In this document: one piece after another, positions 10,853 to 19,812 of the stretch
How positions within the stretch are numbered: position 1 is the first letter of the stretch
Layout of the letters: each line of letters opens with the position of its first letter
From: Patescibacteria group bacterium
GTDB taxonomy: Bacteria; Patescibacteriota; Minisyncoccia; UBA6257; HR35
Direction: 5' to 3'
DNA: 32,000 bases
Assembly (NCBI GenBank): GCA_023480925.1
Contig: JAMCWY010000003.1
Span: forward strand, 1-32,000
Translations under genes and position numbers: made by a program
The notes under the pieces: model-generated
What the model saw: only the letters and a program-made list of their open reading frames with translations
What the model was told of the DNA's origin: nothing
The model's database searches: none

Positions 10853-11986
10853 ATGAGAATAGGTATTGATGCGAGAGTCTTGGAAAGAAAGATGACCGGT
10901 GTCGGCCGCTATGTTTTGAACTTAATTAAGAATATTTCTTCCTGCGACGAGACGAACGAATACTTTATTTTTTCTTACGCGCCTCTGAAGGATTTTGTCG
11001 CTTCGAATCCGAACATTAAAAATATTCCGACTTTAAATTTTTTGCCTCGCGGCGTCCTTCAGAAATTAATATCGCCTTTCTGGATGAATTTGATCCTGCC
11101 AACATTTCTCCGTCGCGAAAAAATAGATCTGTTTTTTTCTCCAAATCACGTCTTGCCTTTTTTGAGGGGGAAAACAAAAAACGTGGCAGTGATTCTTGAT
11201 TTGTTTAATATTATCAATAAGAAGTTTCATTCTTTTTTGTATCGTTTATACGTCAGCTTTACCTTATTTAATTCCGTCAAGAAAAGCGATGCGATTATTA
11301 CAATTTCCGAAGCGTCCAAAAAAGATATAATAAAATTTTTAAAAGTTCAAGGAGACAAGGTAAAGGTTATTTATCTCGCGGCTGATGATAAATTCAAACC
11401 AAGAAACATAAGCGATGAGGAAAAACGTAAATTAAGAGCAAGATACGACTTGTCCGAAGAATTTATTTTATATGTCGGCGTGATAGAAGAAAGGAAAAAC
11501 ATGGCCGGAATTTTAAAAGTTGCCGATGAACTTTTGAAAAGAGGCCTAAAAACGCCGATTGTCTTGATTGGCCGTGTGGGCTATGGCGGCAAGAAATACA
11601 TAGAAAACGTAAAAAATCGCGAGAATGTTTTTTACAGAGGATTTGTCGAAGAAGCCGACTTGCCCTATATTTATAACATCTCGTCTTTATTTTTTTTCCC
11701 ATCGCTTTATGAGGGATTTGGTCTTCCGCCCCTTGAGGCGATGCGATCAGGTGTGCCCGTGGTCGCGTCTAATGCCTCGTCGCTTCAGGAAGTGATAGGC
11801 GATGGGGGGATTATGCTTTCGCCCGATGATTATCCCGGTTTTACCGACGTCATAGAAAGGATTATGAAAGATGATAATCTACGTTTAGAGCTTATACAAA
11901 AAGGGCTAGCGCGAGCGAGTAAGTTTAGTTTCGAGAGAATGGCTTGCGAAACGGTCGAGACATTAAACAGAGTTAAACAACTATGA
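10853..11986 (+). CDS. GT4-family glycosyltransferase (mannosyltransferase-like)
   Basis: FPSLYEGFGLPPLEAMRSGVPVVASN is the canonical E-x7-E motif. ATG 10853 lies 2 nt after the upstream stop; the ORF track uses TTG 10841. Confidence 0.85.
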   Translation: MRIGIDARVLERKMTGVGRYVLNLIKNISSCDETNEYFIFSYAPLKDFVASNPNIKNIPTLNFLPRGVLQKLISPFWMNLILPTFLRREKIDLFFSPNHVLPFLRGKTKNVAVILDLFNIINKKFHSFLYRLYVSFTLFNSVKKSDAIITISEASKKDIIKFLKVQGDKVKVIYLAADDKFKPRNISDEEKRKLRARYDLSEEFILYVGVIEERKNMAGILKVADELLKRGLKTPIVLIGRVGYGGKKYIENVKNRENVFYRGFVEEADLPYIYNISSLFFFPSLYEGFGLPPLEAMRSGVPVVASNASSLQEVIGDGGIMLSPDDYPGFTDVIERIMKDDNLRLELIQKGLARASKFSFERMACETVETLNRVKQL

Positions 11987-12936
11987 CGAAGAAAATATTA
12001 ATTACTGGCGTGGCCGGGTTTATTGGCAGCAATCTCGCCGAACGTTTAATCAAGGAAGGTTATCGGGTCGTCGGTGTCGATAATTTATCGGCTGGCGTTT
12101 TAGAGCAAGTTCCCAAAGAGGTTGAATTTCACAAAATTGATATTCGTTCGAAGGATATTTTCCCGGTCTTCAATGGCGTTGATGTTGTTTTTCATTTTGC
12201 CGCTAAAAATTGTATCTCTGAATGTCAACTTTATCCGCTCGAAACGGCCGACGTGAACATAATCGGCACGCTTAACGTTTTTGACGCCTCGTTGAAAGCT
12301 AAAGTTGATAGAGTAATTTACGCGGAGTCGTCGGCAATATACGAAGGGACAGAGATATTCCCAACGCCGGAAACTAATTTTACGCCTCAAACTTTTTATG
12401 CCATAACAAAGGCGTCCAATCATCTATTCGCCAAAGCTTACCAGCAGTTTTTCGGTTTGAAGACAGTTGGAATGAGGTATCTTAATGTCTACGGTCCAAG
12501 GCAAGATTATCGCCGGGTCGTGGCGCCGGTCATGAGCGCTTTTATAATAAAGTTTTTAATGGGCAAAAGACCAAAAATCTTTGGCAATGGATTAAAAAGA
12601 AGAGATTTTATCCATGTTGACGATATAAATGATTTTCATATAATGTGTATTAATAATGAAAAGGTTATTAATAAGGTGTTCAATTTGGGCGGCGGTAAAA
12701 ATTATTCGATTATGGAAATATACAAAATGATCCAAGATATTTTAAAGATTAAAATTGAACCGGAATTTTTGCCTGATGTTCCAGGGGAAGCTTTTGAAAG
12801 TTTGGGTGATATAACGGAAGCTCGTAAAATTGGTTGGGAGCCTAAGATGCCTCTCCGCGATGGTCTGATTGGAATGATTGATTATATAAAAAAAGAAATA
12901 ACAAAAGGTAATATTAAAAGCGATACCGTCTTATGA
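11983..12936 (+). CDS. Extended-SDR NAD-dependent NDP-sugar epimerase/dehydratase
   Basis: ILITGVAGFIGSNL Rossmann motif and YAITKASNH catalytic YxxxK. About 317 aa, GalE/WbpP-like in length and layout. Confidence 0.85.
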   Translation: MTKKILITGVAGFIGSNLAERLIKEGYRVVGVDNLSAGVLEQVPKEVEFHKIDIRSKDIFPVFNGVDVVFHFAAKNCISECQLYPLETADVNIIGTLNVFDASLKAKVDRVIYAESSAIYEGTEIFPTPETNFTPQTFYAITKASNHLFAKAYQQFFGLKTVGMRYLNVYGPRQDYRRVVAPVMSAFIIKFLMGKRPKIFGNGLKRRDFIHVDDINDFHIMCINNEKVINKVFNLGGGKNYSIMEIYKMIQDILKIKIEPEFLPDVPGEAFESLGDITEARKIGWEPKMPLRDGLIGMIDYIKKEITKGNIKSDTVL

Positions 12937-13919
12937 TTATTACGCGAACTCCTTTTAGAATAACTTTGGGCGGCGGCGGCACGGATTTGCCGTCTTATTA
13001 CTCAAAATACGGCGGATTTATTTTTTCCGCCGGAATCGATAAGTATATGTTTGTTGACGTGAATAGACCGGTCGTCGACGATTTGATCCGTTTGAAATAT
13101 TCAAAGTCGGAGACGGTTGAAAATGTTGAAGAAATTCAGCATAGCATAGCGAAAGAAATTTTAAAATTTATCGGCATTGACAAATGTATAGAAATAAGTT
13201 CGGTCGCCGACATACCGGCCGGGACCGGTTTGGGTTCATCGAGTTGTTATGCTGTGGGACTTTTGCACGCTCTGCATGCTTTAAAAAGAGATTACGTGCC
13301 GTTAGATAAATTAGCGGATGAGGATTTTAAAATCGAAGCGGAAATTTTAGGCAGACCAATAGGGAAGCAAGATCCTTATATGGCCGCCATCGGCGGATTA
13401 ACTGTTTTGGATATAGACCAAGAAGGAGGAGTTAAAGCAAGGAAAGCTAATATTTCGTACGAGGCGGCCAACGCTCTCAATGGTAATATGCTTGTGTTTT
13501 TTACCGGTTTGACCAGGAGCGCGGACGAGATATTAGTTGAGCAAAAGAAAGCGATTAATGAAGAAAAAAAGGATGTTCTTGAAAGTATGCATTATATTAA
13601 AGAACTCGGTTACAAAATATTAGAAGCGGTTGAATCGGAAAATATTGCCGACGTGGGCAAGCTATTTGATACCCACTGGCAATATAAGAAAAAAATTTCA
13701 AACAAGATGTCAAATGAAAGATTTGATAAAATTTACAGAATCGCTAAAGAAAACGGCGCCTTGGGCGGAAAAATTTCCGGTGCGGGCGGGGGAGGATTTT
13801 TTACTTTTTACGTGGAAAATAACCATAAAAAGTTTAGAGAAGTGATGAAAGATTTAAACCTGCGAGAAATGAGATATCGTTTTGACTTTGAAGGTTCGAA
13901 GGTTTTAATTGATTTTTAA
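12933..13919 (+). CDS. hddA: GHMP-family sugar kinase, probable D-glycero-alpha-D-manno-heptose 7-phosphate kinase
   Basis: MIITRTPFRITLGGGGTDLPSYY N-terminus. PAGTGLGSSS GHMP motif II. GAGGGGF motif III. It clusters with gmhA, gmhB and a nucleotidyltransferase. Substrate is inferred from context. Confidence 0.7.
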   Translation: MIITRTPFRITLGGGGTDLPSYYSKYGGFIFSAGIDKYMFVDVNRPVVDDLIRLKYSKSETVENVEEIQHSIAKEILKFIGIDKCIEISSVADIPAGTGLGSSSCYAVGLLHALHALKRDYVPLDKLADEDFKIEAEILGRPIGKQDPYMAAIGGLTVLDIDQEGGVKARKANISYEAANALNGNMLVFFTGLTRSADEILVEQKKAINEEKKDVLESMHYIKELGYKILEAVESENIADVGKLFDTHWQYKKKISNKMSNERFDKIYRIAKENGALGGKISGAGGGGFFTFYVENNHKKFREVMKDLNLREMRYRFDFEGSKVLIDF

Positions 13920-13929
13920 ATTTGGAATA

Positions 13930-14757
13930 ATGACGTTAAAAAATAAAGTGGCTGTGGTAACCGGCGGATCGGGTGGCATAGGTAAGGTCGTGGCGGAAGT
14001 ATTAGTTAAAAACGGCGCGACCGTTATAATTATTGGTAAAAAACAAAAAAAGTTGAAAGGAGTCGTTAATTCTTTTGAAGAAAAGGGATTTAAGATTGAT
14101 TGCGAAAAATGCGATATTTCTAATGTGTCAGAAGTCAGTCGCGTCGTCATAAAAATTATCGCGCTTTTAAAAAGAATAGATATTTTGGTAAACTGCGCCG
14201 GCGTTCAATCGCCCATCGGTCCGTTTGTTGATAATACTTTTTTGGCTTGGGAAAAAAATATCAAGGTTAACTTGTTGGGGACGGTCTTAATGTCTAAAAA
14301 AGTTATTCCTTATATGATAAAAAGAAAAAGTGGTTATATTATCAATTTTGCCGGCGGCGGCGCGACCTCGTCTCGGCCTAATTTTTCAGCCTACGCCGCG
14401 GCCAAAACGGCGATCGTGCGGTTTACCGAAGTTTTGGCTGATGAGGTTAGACGATACAACATTAATGTAAACGCTGTCTCGCCGGGCGCGGTTAACACCA
14501 AAATGACCGAAGAAGTTTTAAAAGTTGGAATGAAAGCCGGTTTAAAAGAATTGACCGATGTTAAAAGACGAATCAAAGAAGGCGGAACGTCGCCGGAGCT
14601 TGTGGCTAATCTGATTGTTTTTTTATCGTCGGCTAAATCAAAAGGATTATCAGGAAGATTGATTAGCGCCGTTTGGGACAAATGGCAAGAGTGGGATGCA
14701 AAAGCTATTAGAGAAATAATGAAAAGCGATAAATACACATTAAGAAGAATTAAGTAA
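13930..14757 (+). CDS. Classical short-chain dehydrogenase/reductase
   Basis: VAVVTGGSGGIG cofactor motif, NCAG, and YAAAKTA catalytic YxxxK. The first ATG is at 13930; the ORF track uses TTG 13909. Confidence 0.85.
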   Translation: MTLKNKVAVVTGGSGGIGKVVAEVLVKNGATVIIIGKKQKKLKGVVNSFEEKGFKIDCEKCDISNVSEVSRVVIKIIALLKRIDILVNCAGVQSPIGPFVDNTFLAWEKNIKVNLLGTVLMSKKVIPYMIKRKSGYIINFAGGGATSSRPNFSAYAAAKTAIVRFTEVLADEVRRYNINVNAVSPGAVNTKMTEEVLKVGMKAGLKELTDVKRRIKEGGTSPELVANLIVFLSSAKSKGLSGRLISAVWDKWQEWDAKAIREIMKSDKYTLRRIK

Positions 14758-14758
14758 A

Positions 14759-15781
14759 ATGTCAGAAATAAATATTAAGAATATGGGCGTTGGTATTGTC
14801 GGTGCTGGCTTAATTGGTTGGAGACGAGCGGAAGTAATTAAGGCGTCGAAAAAAGGCAAACTTTTAGTGGTCACAGACGCTGATTTTGAAAAAGCCAAAA
14901 AATTAGCGGAAAAATATAATTGCCAAGCGTGTCAAAGTTGGTCGGACCTTCTTAAGAAGGAAGACGTAAAAATTGTTATTGTCGCCGTGCCAAATAAATT
15001 TGCCGCGCCAATTTCAATCGCCGCGTTAAAGAAAAACAAACATGTTTTTTGCGAAAAACCGCTTGGCCGAAACGCGAATGAAGCAAAAAAAGTTTTGACG
15101 GCCGTAAAAAAATACAAAAAAGTTTTTAAGGTCGGTTTTAATCATCGTTTTCACGCGGCCGTCGCTCAAGCAAAAAAAATTTTTGACGAAGGCGGGATAG
15201 GAAAACTTATGTTCATTCGCGCTCGATATGGTTACGGCGGCAGGTTCGGGATGGAAAAAGAATGGCGAATGGACAAAAATATTTCCGGCGGCGGCGAACT
15301 GTTGGATCAAGGTGTTCATATTATTGATCTGGTGCGATGGTTCGGCGGCGAACCAAAAAAAGTGTACGGTTTAGTCCAAACCAAATTTTGGCAAACTCAG
15401 GTTGACGATAACGCCTTCGTGATTATGTCGAATGATAATGTTACGGCGGAGTTTCATGTCAGTTCGACTAATTGGAAGAATATATTTTCCTTCGAAATTT
15501 TCGGAGACAAAGGTTATTTGGAGATAAGCGGCAAGGGTGGTAGCTACGGTGAAGAAATTCTTATTTGGGGCAGAAGAAGAAAAAAATTCGGAGTGCCAAA
15601 AATAAAAATTTTTAAATTTGGAAAAGATATTAGTTGGGAGCGAGAATGGTTAAATTTTTTTAACGGAATAGTCAAGAAAACTAAGATTAATGGTGATACC
15701 AACGACGGTTATGCCGCCAATAAAATCGTTGAAGCAATTTATAAATCAGCTATAATGAAAAAAGTCGTTGATTTAAATTAA
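14759..15781 (+). CDS. Gfo/Idh/MocA-family NAD(P)-dependent oxidoreductase
   Basis: GVGIVGAGLIG Rossmann motif and VFCEKPL (EKP) motif. About 340 aa. Confidence 0.8.
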   Translation: MSEINIKNMGVGIVGAGLIGWRRAEVIKASKKGKLLVVTDADFEKAKKLAEKYNCQACQSWSDLLKKEDVKIVIVAVPNKFAAPISIAALKKNKHVFCEKPLGRNANEAKKVLTAVKKYKKVFKVGFNHRFHAAVAQAKKIFDEGGIGKLMFIRARYGYGGRFGMEKEWRMDKNISGGGELLDQGVHIIDLVRWFGGEPKKVYGLVQTKFWQTQVDDNAFVIMSNDNVTAEFHVSSTNWKNIFSFEIFGDKGYLEISGKGGSYGEEILIWGRRRKKFGVPKIKIFKFGKDISWEREWLNFFNGIVKKTKINGDTNDGYAANKIVEAIYKSAIMKKVVDLN

Positions 15782-15801
15782 CAGTTTATAATTTTTAGAT
15801 T

Positions 15802-16509
15802 ATGAACGATTTAAAAATAAAAATATTCGGCGACGGCGCGGATAAGTCAAGTATGCTTGATTTGTATCAGAAGCCGTACATTAAAGGTTTCACCACTAAT
15901 CCGACGTTAATGAGAAAGGCCGGCATTGAAAATTATGAAGCGTTCGCCAAGGATATTCTTTCTTTAATTAAAGATCGTCCCGTTTCTTTTGAGGTTTTTT
16001 CCGATGAGTTTTCGGAAATGGAAAGGCAGGCTAAAATCATAGCGAGTTGGGCTAAAAATGTTTATGTCAAAATACCGATTACTAACACGAAAGGCTTGAG
16101 TTCTTTTGAAGTTGTAAAAAATTTATCCAATGATGGAATCAAATTGAACATCACGGCGATTTTCACTCCAAAACAAGTTAAACATATCGCCGCCGCCTTG
16201 GCCTCGGGCGTGCCATCGATTATTTCCGTTTTTGCCGGTCGAGTCGCCGACACCGGCGTTGATCCAGTGCCGTTAATGAAAGAATGTAAAGAAATATTGA
16301 AAGATTATCCGGACGCCGAACTTTTGTGGGCTAGTCCGAGAGAGCTTTTAAATATATTCCAGGCTGATCAGATTGGTTGTGATATTATTACGGTTACACC
16401 CGATGTCTTAAAGAAACTTGATAGTGTTGGCTATGATTTGGAAAAATTTTCCATTGATACGGTCAAAATGTTTTTTGACGACGGTCAGAAAGCCGGTTAT
16501 AAACTTTAA
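15802..16509 (+). CDS. tal: Small transaldolase / fructose-6-phosphate-aldolase-family enzyme
   Basis: KIFGDGAD ... GFTTNPTL N-terminal motif and the YVKIPIT Schiff-base lysine context. About 235 aa, typical of the short transaldolase subfamily. Confidence 0.75.
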   Translation: MNDLKIKIFGDGADKSSMLDLYQKPYIKGFTTNPTLMRKAGIENYEAFAKDILSLIKDRPVSFEVFSDEFSEMERQAKIIASWAKNVYVKIPITNTKGLSSFEVVKNLSNDGIKLNITAIFTPKQVKHIAAALASGVPSIISVFAGRVADTGVDPVPLMKECKEILKDYPDAELLWASPRELLNIFQADQIGCDIITVTPDVLKKLDSVGYDLEKFSIDTVKMFFDDGQKAGYKL

Positions 16510-16532
16510 TTTTAATTAATCTCTAAGATAAA

Positions 16533-17135
16533 ATGGACAATTACATCGATTCTTATTTCGAAGAAGTAAAAAAAATAGCCGATAATATTGATAAAAGCTC
16601 CATTAAAAAAGTTATTGATATTTTAAAAAATATTCGATCTAATAGCGGTCGTTTGTATATTATTGGCGTTGGCGGAAGCGCTGGCAGCGCTAGTCATGCC
16701 GTCAACGATTTTAGAAAGTTGGCTGGGATCGAAGCTTACGCGCCAACGGATAATGTTTCCGAGTTGACCGCGAGAACCAATGACGAGGGCTGGCAAACTA
16801 TTTTTTCCGAATGGCTTAAAGGAAGCAAATTAAACAATAATGACGTTATTTTAGTTTTATCCGTTGGTGGCGGCAACGAAGAAAAGAATATCAGTCCGAA
16901 TATAGTCGAAGCTCTTAAGCTGGCGAAAGATGTCGGCGCTAAAATTATCGGCATCGTCAGCCGAGACGGCGGCTACACTAAAAAAGTCGCTGACGCCTGC
17001 GTTCTTATCCCGGTTGTCAATGATAAGGCAATAACGCCTCACGCCGAATCATTTCAGGCTGTTGTTTGGCATTTAATTGTTTTCCATCCGGATTTTCAGT
17101 TGAACTCGGGTAAATGGGAATCGATCAAAAAATAA
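16533..17135 (+). CDS. gmhA: Single-SIS-domain protein, probable sedoheptulose-7-phosphate isomerase
   Basis: YIIGVGGSAGSASHAVNDF and ILVLSVGGGN SIS motifs. It is 200 aa, matching GmhA length, and sits next to gmhB. Confidence 0.7.
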   Translation: MDNYIDSYFEEVKKIADNIDKSSIKKVIDILKNIRSNSGRLYIIGVGGSAGSASHAVNDFRKLAGIEAYAPTDNVSELTARTNDEGWQTIFSEWLKGSKLNNNDVILVLSVGGGNEEKNISPNIVEALKLAKDVGAKIIGIVSRDGGYTKKVADACVLIPVVNDKAITPHAESFQAVVWHLIVFHPDFQLNSGKWESIKK

Positions 17136-17701
17136 AAATTCAGAAAAGAGCGGTTTTTCTTGATCAAGATGGAACCGTGATTAAACATGTAGATTTACTT
17201 ATTGACGTTAAAGACATTAAAATACTTCCCGGCGTCGTGACCGCCATTAGACGACTTCGTCAATTAGGTTTTTTGGTTATAGTGATTACGAATCAACCAG
17301 TAGTGGCAAGAGGATTAATTTCTGAAAATGGCGTAAAAGTATTAGAAAAAAGAATTTCTTGGTTGTTATCTCAAAAGGGAGTTCTTGTTGACGATTTTTT
17401 CTTTTGTCCTCATCATCCCGAGGCAACTTTGAAAAAATATCGGGTGAAATGTCAATGTCGAAAACCGGCGCCAGGAATGATTTTAAAAGCTGCCAAGAGA
17501 TACAACATAGATTTGAAAAACAGCTTTATGGTGGGCGATGCCTTAATAGATAGCGTTACTGGCCATCGAGCCGGGGTTAAAACTATTCTTGTCAAAACCG
17601 GTCCGGGTCATTCCAAATTGGACAAAATATATAAAGAAGAAAAGCCAGATAAAGTCGTTAAAAAAATTTACGAGGCGGTAAAGCTTATATGCGAAAAATA
17701 A
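17114..17701 (+). CDS. gmhB: D,D-heptose 1,7-bisphosphate phosphatase (HAD superfamily)
   Basis: AVFLDQDGT (DxDGT), VITNQ, CPHHPE...CQCRKPAPGM (zinc loop plus conserved Lys) and VGDALIDSVTGHRAG. It tracks E. coli GmhB closely as I remember it. Confidence 0.85.
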   Translation: MGIDQKIKIQKRAVFLDQDGTVIKHVDLLIDVKDIKILPGVVTAIRRLRQLGFLVIVITNQPVVARGLISENGVKVLEKRISWLLSQKGVLVDDFFFCPHHPEATLKKYRVKCQCRKPAPGMILKAAKRYNIDLKNSFMVGDALIDSVTGHRAGVKTILVKTGPGHSKLDKIYKEEKPDKVVKKIYEAVKLICEK

Positions 17702-18420
17702 ATCAAGCTGTTATTCTTTGCGCTGGTCTGGGGACGCGCCTGCGTCCGCTAACTGACAATATGCCGAAACCGATGGTGCCAATTCTGGGTAAGCCGATGC
17801 TTTTATGGAATATAGAGCAGTTTAAGAAATACGGCGTTATTAATTTTAAAATAAATTTATATCATCTTCCCGACGTGATTAAAAATTATTTCGGCGATGG
17901 CTCTAAATTTGGAGTAAAGATTGAATATAGTTTTGAAAAAGAAATTTTAGGCACGGCCGGCGCCCTGGGCGAATTTGACAAAAAGCTAGATGATTTTTTC
18001 TTTTTGATTTACGGCGATGTTGTTAGTTTTATTGATTACAATAAGATGGCGGTTAAATTTTTTGGGTTGGAAAAACCTATTGGCATGCAGCGAGTTGGGC
18101 TTACGTCAAATTATGGCGACGCGAATGTGGCCGAACTCGACCACAATAATAAATTTGTGACTGTATATATAAAGCCTCATTCGGAAATTTATTCTAATGC
18201 GTATCGAATGAGGGGTTCATTTATTTTCAGTAAAAAAGTCTTGAATTATATCGAAAAAGGAAAATGTTCAGAAATAAGTAAAAATTTGTTGCCCAAACTT
18301 ATTGAAAATGATGAAAATTTTTACGGCTATGAGTGTGATGAATTTTCAAAGGGCGTGGATACGATCGATAAATTAAATGAGGTCGAAGATTACATCAGAA
18401 ATAATCATATGATTATATGA
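17689..18420 (+). CDS. hddC: Sugar-1-phosphate nucleotidyltransferase, probable heptose-1-phosphate guanylyltransferase
   Basis: AVILCAGLGTRLRPLTDNMPKPMVPILGKPML signature and about 243 aa. Nucleotide and sugar specificity are inferred from context only. Confidence 0.65.
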   Translation: MRKINQAVILCAGLGTRLRPLTDNMPKPMVPILGKPMLLWNIEQFKKYGVINFKINLYHLPDVIKNYFGDGSKFGVKIEYSFEKEILGTAGALGEFDKKLDDFFFLIYGDVVSFIDYNKMAVKFFGLEKPIGMQRVGLTSNYGDANVAELDHNNKFVTVYIKPHSEIYSNAYRMRGSFIFSKKVLNYIEKGKCSEISKNLLPKLIENDENFYGYECDEFSKGVDTIDKLNEVEDYIRNNHMII

Positions 18421-19256
18421 ATGATATTGGTCTTTTTAGGGTGACAGTGCTTATAGCTACTTGGAATCGAAAAGACTTGATTGGAAAAGCGATAGAGAGT
18501 GTTTTGCAACAGTCTTTTCCATCGTGGGAATTAATTGTAATAGACGATGGTTCCACGGATGGCACAGAAGAAGTGGTTGCTAAATATATTTTTCGTGATT
18601 CAAGAGTGAAATATATTAAGATTGATCATATTGGAAGGATTGCTGTGGTCTCTAATCGTGGTTTACGATTGGCGGTCGGCGATTATATCGCCATATTGGA
18701 TGATGATGATGTTTGGATAGATGAAGATAAATTAAAAAAACAGGTTGATTTTTTGGATAAAAATCAACTTTATGTTGGTTGCGGCGGCGGCATGATTGGA
18801 GTTGATCGGGCTGGCAACGGAATGTTTAGATCTTTAAAACCTGAGAGTGACGCTGAAATAAAAAAAAGAGCTTTGTGCGCAAATCCAATGATTAATTCCG
18901 CGACGATGTTTAGAAGAAGTATCGCTGAAAAAATTGGATTTTATGATGAAACCTTATCGCAGTTCGCCGATTGGGATTTCTGGTTGAAAATTGGAACGAT
19001 GGGGAAGTTGTATAATTTTCAGGAATACTTCGTGTTATATCTTGTCTGGGATAAGAGCAGTTCTTTTACTAAACAAAAAGAAAACGCGCGATCGGCGTTA
19101 ACAATAGTGAAAAAATATAGAAAAATTTATCCAAATTTTAAAGTAGCCTTCGTCTTGGCTGTTTTATATAGAAGTTATACGTTCATACCGGCAAGCGTTA
19201 GAAGATTTTTGAATCCAATATTTTCCATTGCCAAAAAAAAAATTTTTTCTAAATAG
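18417..19256 (+). CDS. GT2-family glycosyltransferase
   Basis: VTVLIATWNRKDLIGKAIESVLQQSF, LIVIDDGSTDGT and ILDDDD (DxD) motifs. Confidence 0.85.
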   Translation: MNDIGLFRVTVLIATWNRKDLIGKAIESVLQQSFPSWELIVIDDGSTDGTEEVVAKYIFRDSRVKYIKIDHIGRIAVVSNRGLRLAVGDYIAILDDDDVWIDEDKLKKQVDFLDKNQLYVGCGGGMIGVDRAGNGMFRSLKPESDAEIKKRALCANPMINSATMFRRSIAEKIGFYDETLSQFADWDFWLKIGTMGKLYNFQEYFVLYLVWDKSSSFTKQKENARSALTIVKKYRKIYPNFKVAFVLAVLYRSYTFIPASVRRFLNPIFSIAKKKIFSK

Positions 19257-19314
19257 TTAATAATTTTATCCCAGTCGTGGCGAGGGCCGTTTTGTTCAGT
19301 TTGGCCCCGAGACT

Positions 19315-19378
19315 TTTGTGTTAAAATAATTTAAATGTCGTTAGAGCGGGGTAAAATTCGATTGGGAGAATGAAAAAA
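19315..19378 (+). repeat. Right copy of the ~64-nt direct repeat (the functional infA promoter/leader)
   Basis: tttgtgttaaaataatttaaatgtcgttagagcggggtaaaattcgattgggagaatgaaaaaa aligns with 7181-7244. Confidence 0.7.
19319..19327 (+). promoter_or_regulatory. Candidate extended -10 promoter (TGtTAAAAT) upstream of infA
   Basis: tgttaaaat, followed 7 nt later by an ATG at 19335. Sequence match only. Confidence 0.4.
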
Positions 19379-19576
19379 GAGCTGGTTGAAGGCCGGGTGC
19401 TTGAGAGTTTGCCCGCCGCTTCTTTCCGCGTTGAGTTAAGCGATGGTCGGGAAATTTTGGCTTATTTGGCCGGCCGGATGCGTTTGCATTATATCAAGAT
19501 TGTCGCCGGGGACGCGGTTACGATCGAACTTTCCCCCTACGATCAAAATCGGGGCAGGATTATTAAACGAAAATAA
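19370..19576 (+). CDS. infA: Translation initiation factor IF-1
   Basis: [32 protein letters not shown]...[21 protein letters not shown] matches the IF-1 S1-fold consensus along its whole length. Confidence 0.95.
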   Translation: MKKELVEGRVLESLPAASFRVELSDGREILAYLAGRMRLHYIKIVAGDAVTIELSPYDQNRGRIIKRK

Positions 19577-19629
19577 TTAGTCGTTTGAACTTTTGAAATT
19601 AATTTAAAATTTTATTGAAATATAAGGCA

Positions 19630-19743
19630 ATGAAAGTTTCCGCCGTGGTTAAAAAAAGATGTTTAAAGTGCAAGGTCGTCCGTCGAAAAAAACGTTTGTA
19701 CGTGATTTGCTCGAACCCTCGGCATAAACAAAGACAAGGTTAA
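19630..19743 (+). CDS. rpmJ: 50S ribosomal protein L36 (absent from the ORF track because it is short)
   Basis: Hand translation gives [37 protein letters not shown], 37 aa, with the C-x2-C...C...H zinc motif. It sits in the canonical position after infA. Confidence 0.9.
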   Translation: MKVSAVVKKRCLKCKVVRRKKRLYVICSNPRHKQRQG

Positions 19744-19812
19744 TGGCAATCGGGACAAGTTCGATTTTGTTTTGGCTAAGGTTTTAAAAATAGAAGCGGC
19801 TGGCTTTAATTA

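Noticed and set aside
19257-19313. gggcc ... ggccc hairpin after the last GT2 gene as the island terminator
   Set aside because: The stem is only 5 bp with a 14-nt loop and no following T-run, which is too weak to call.
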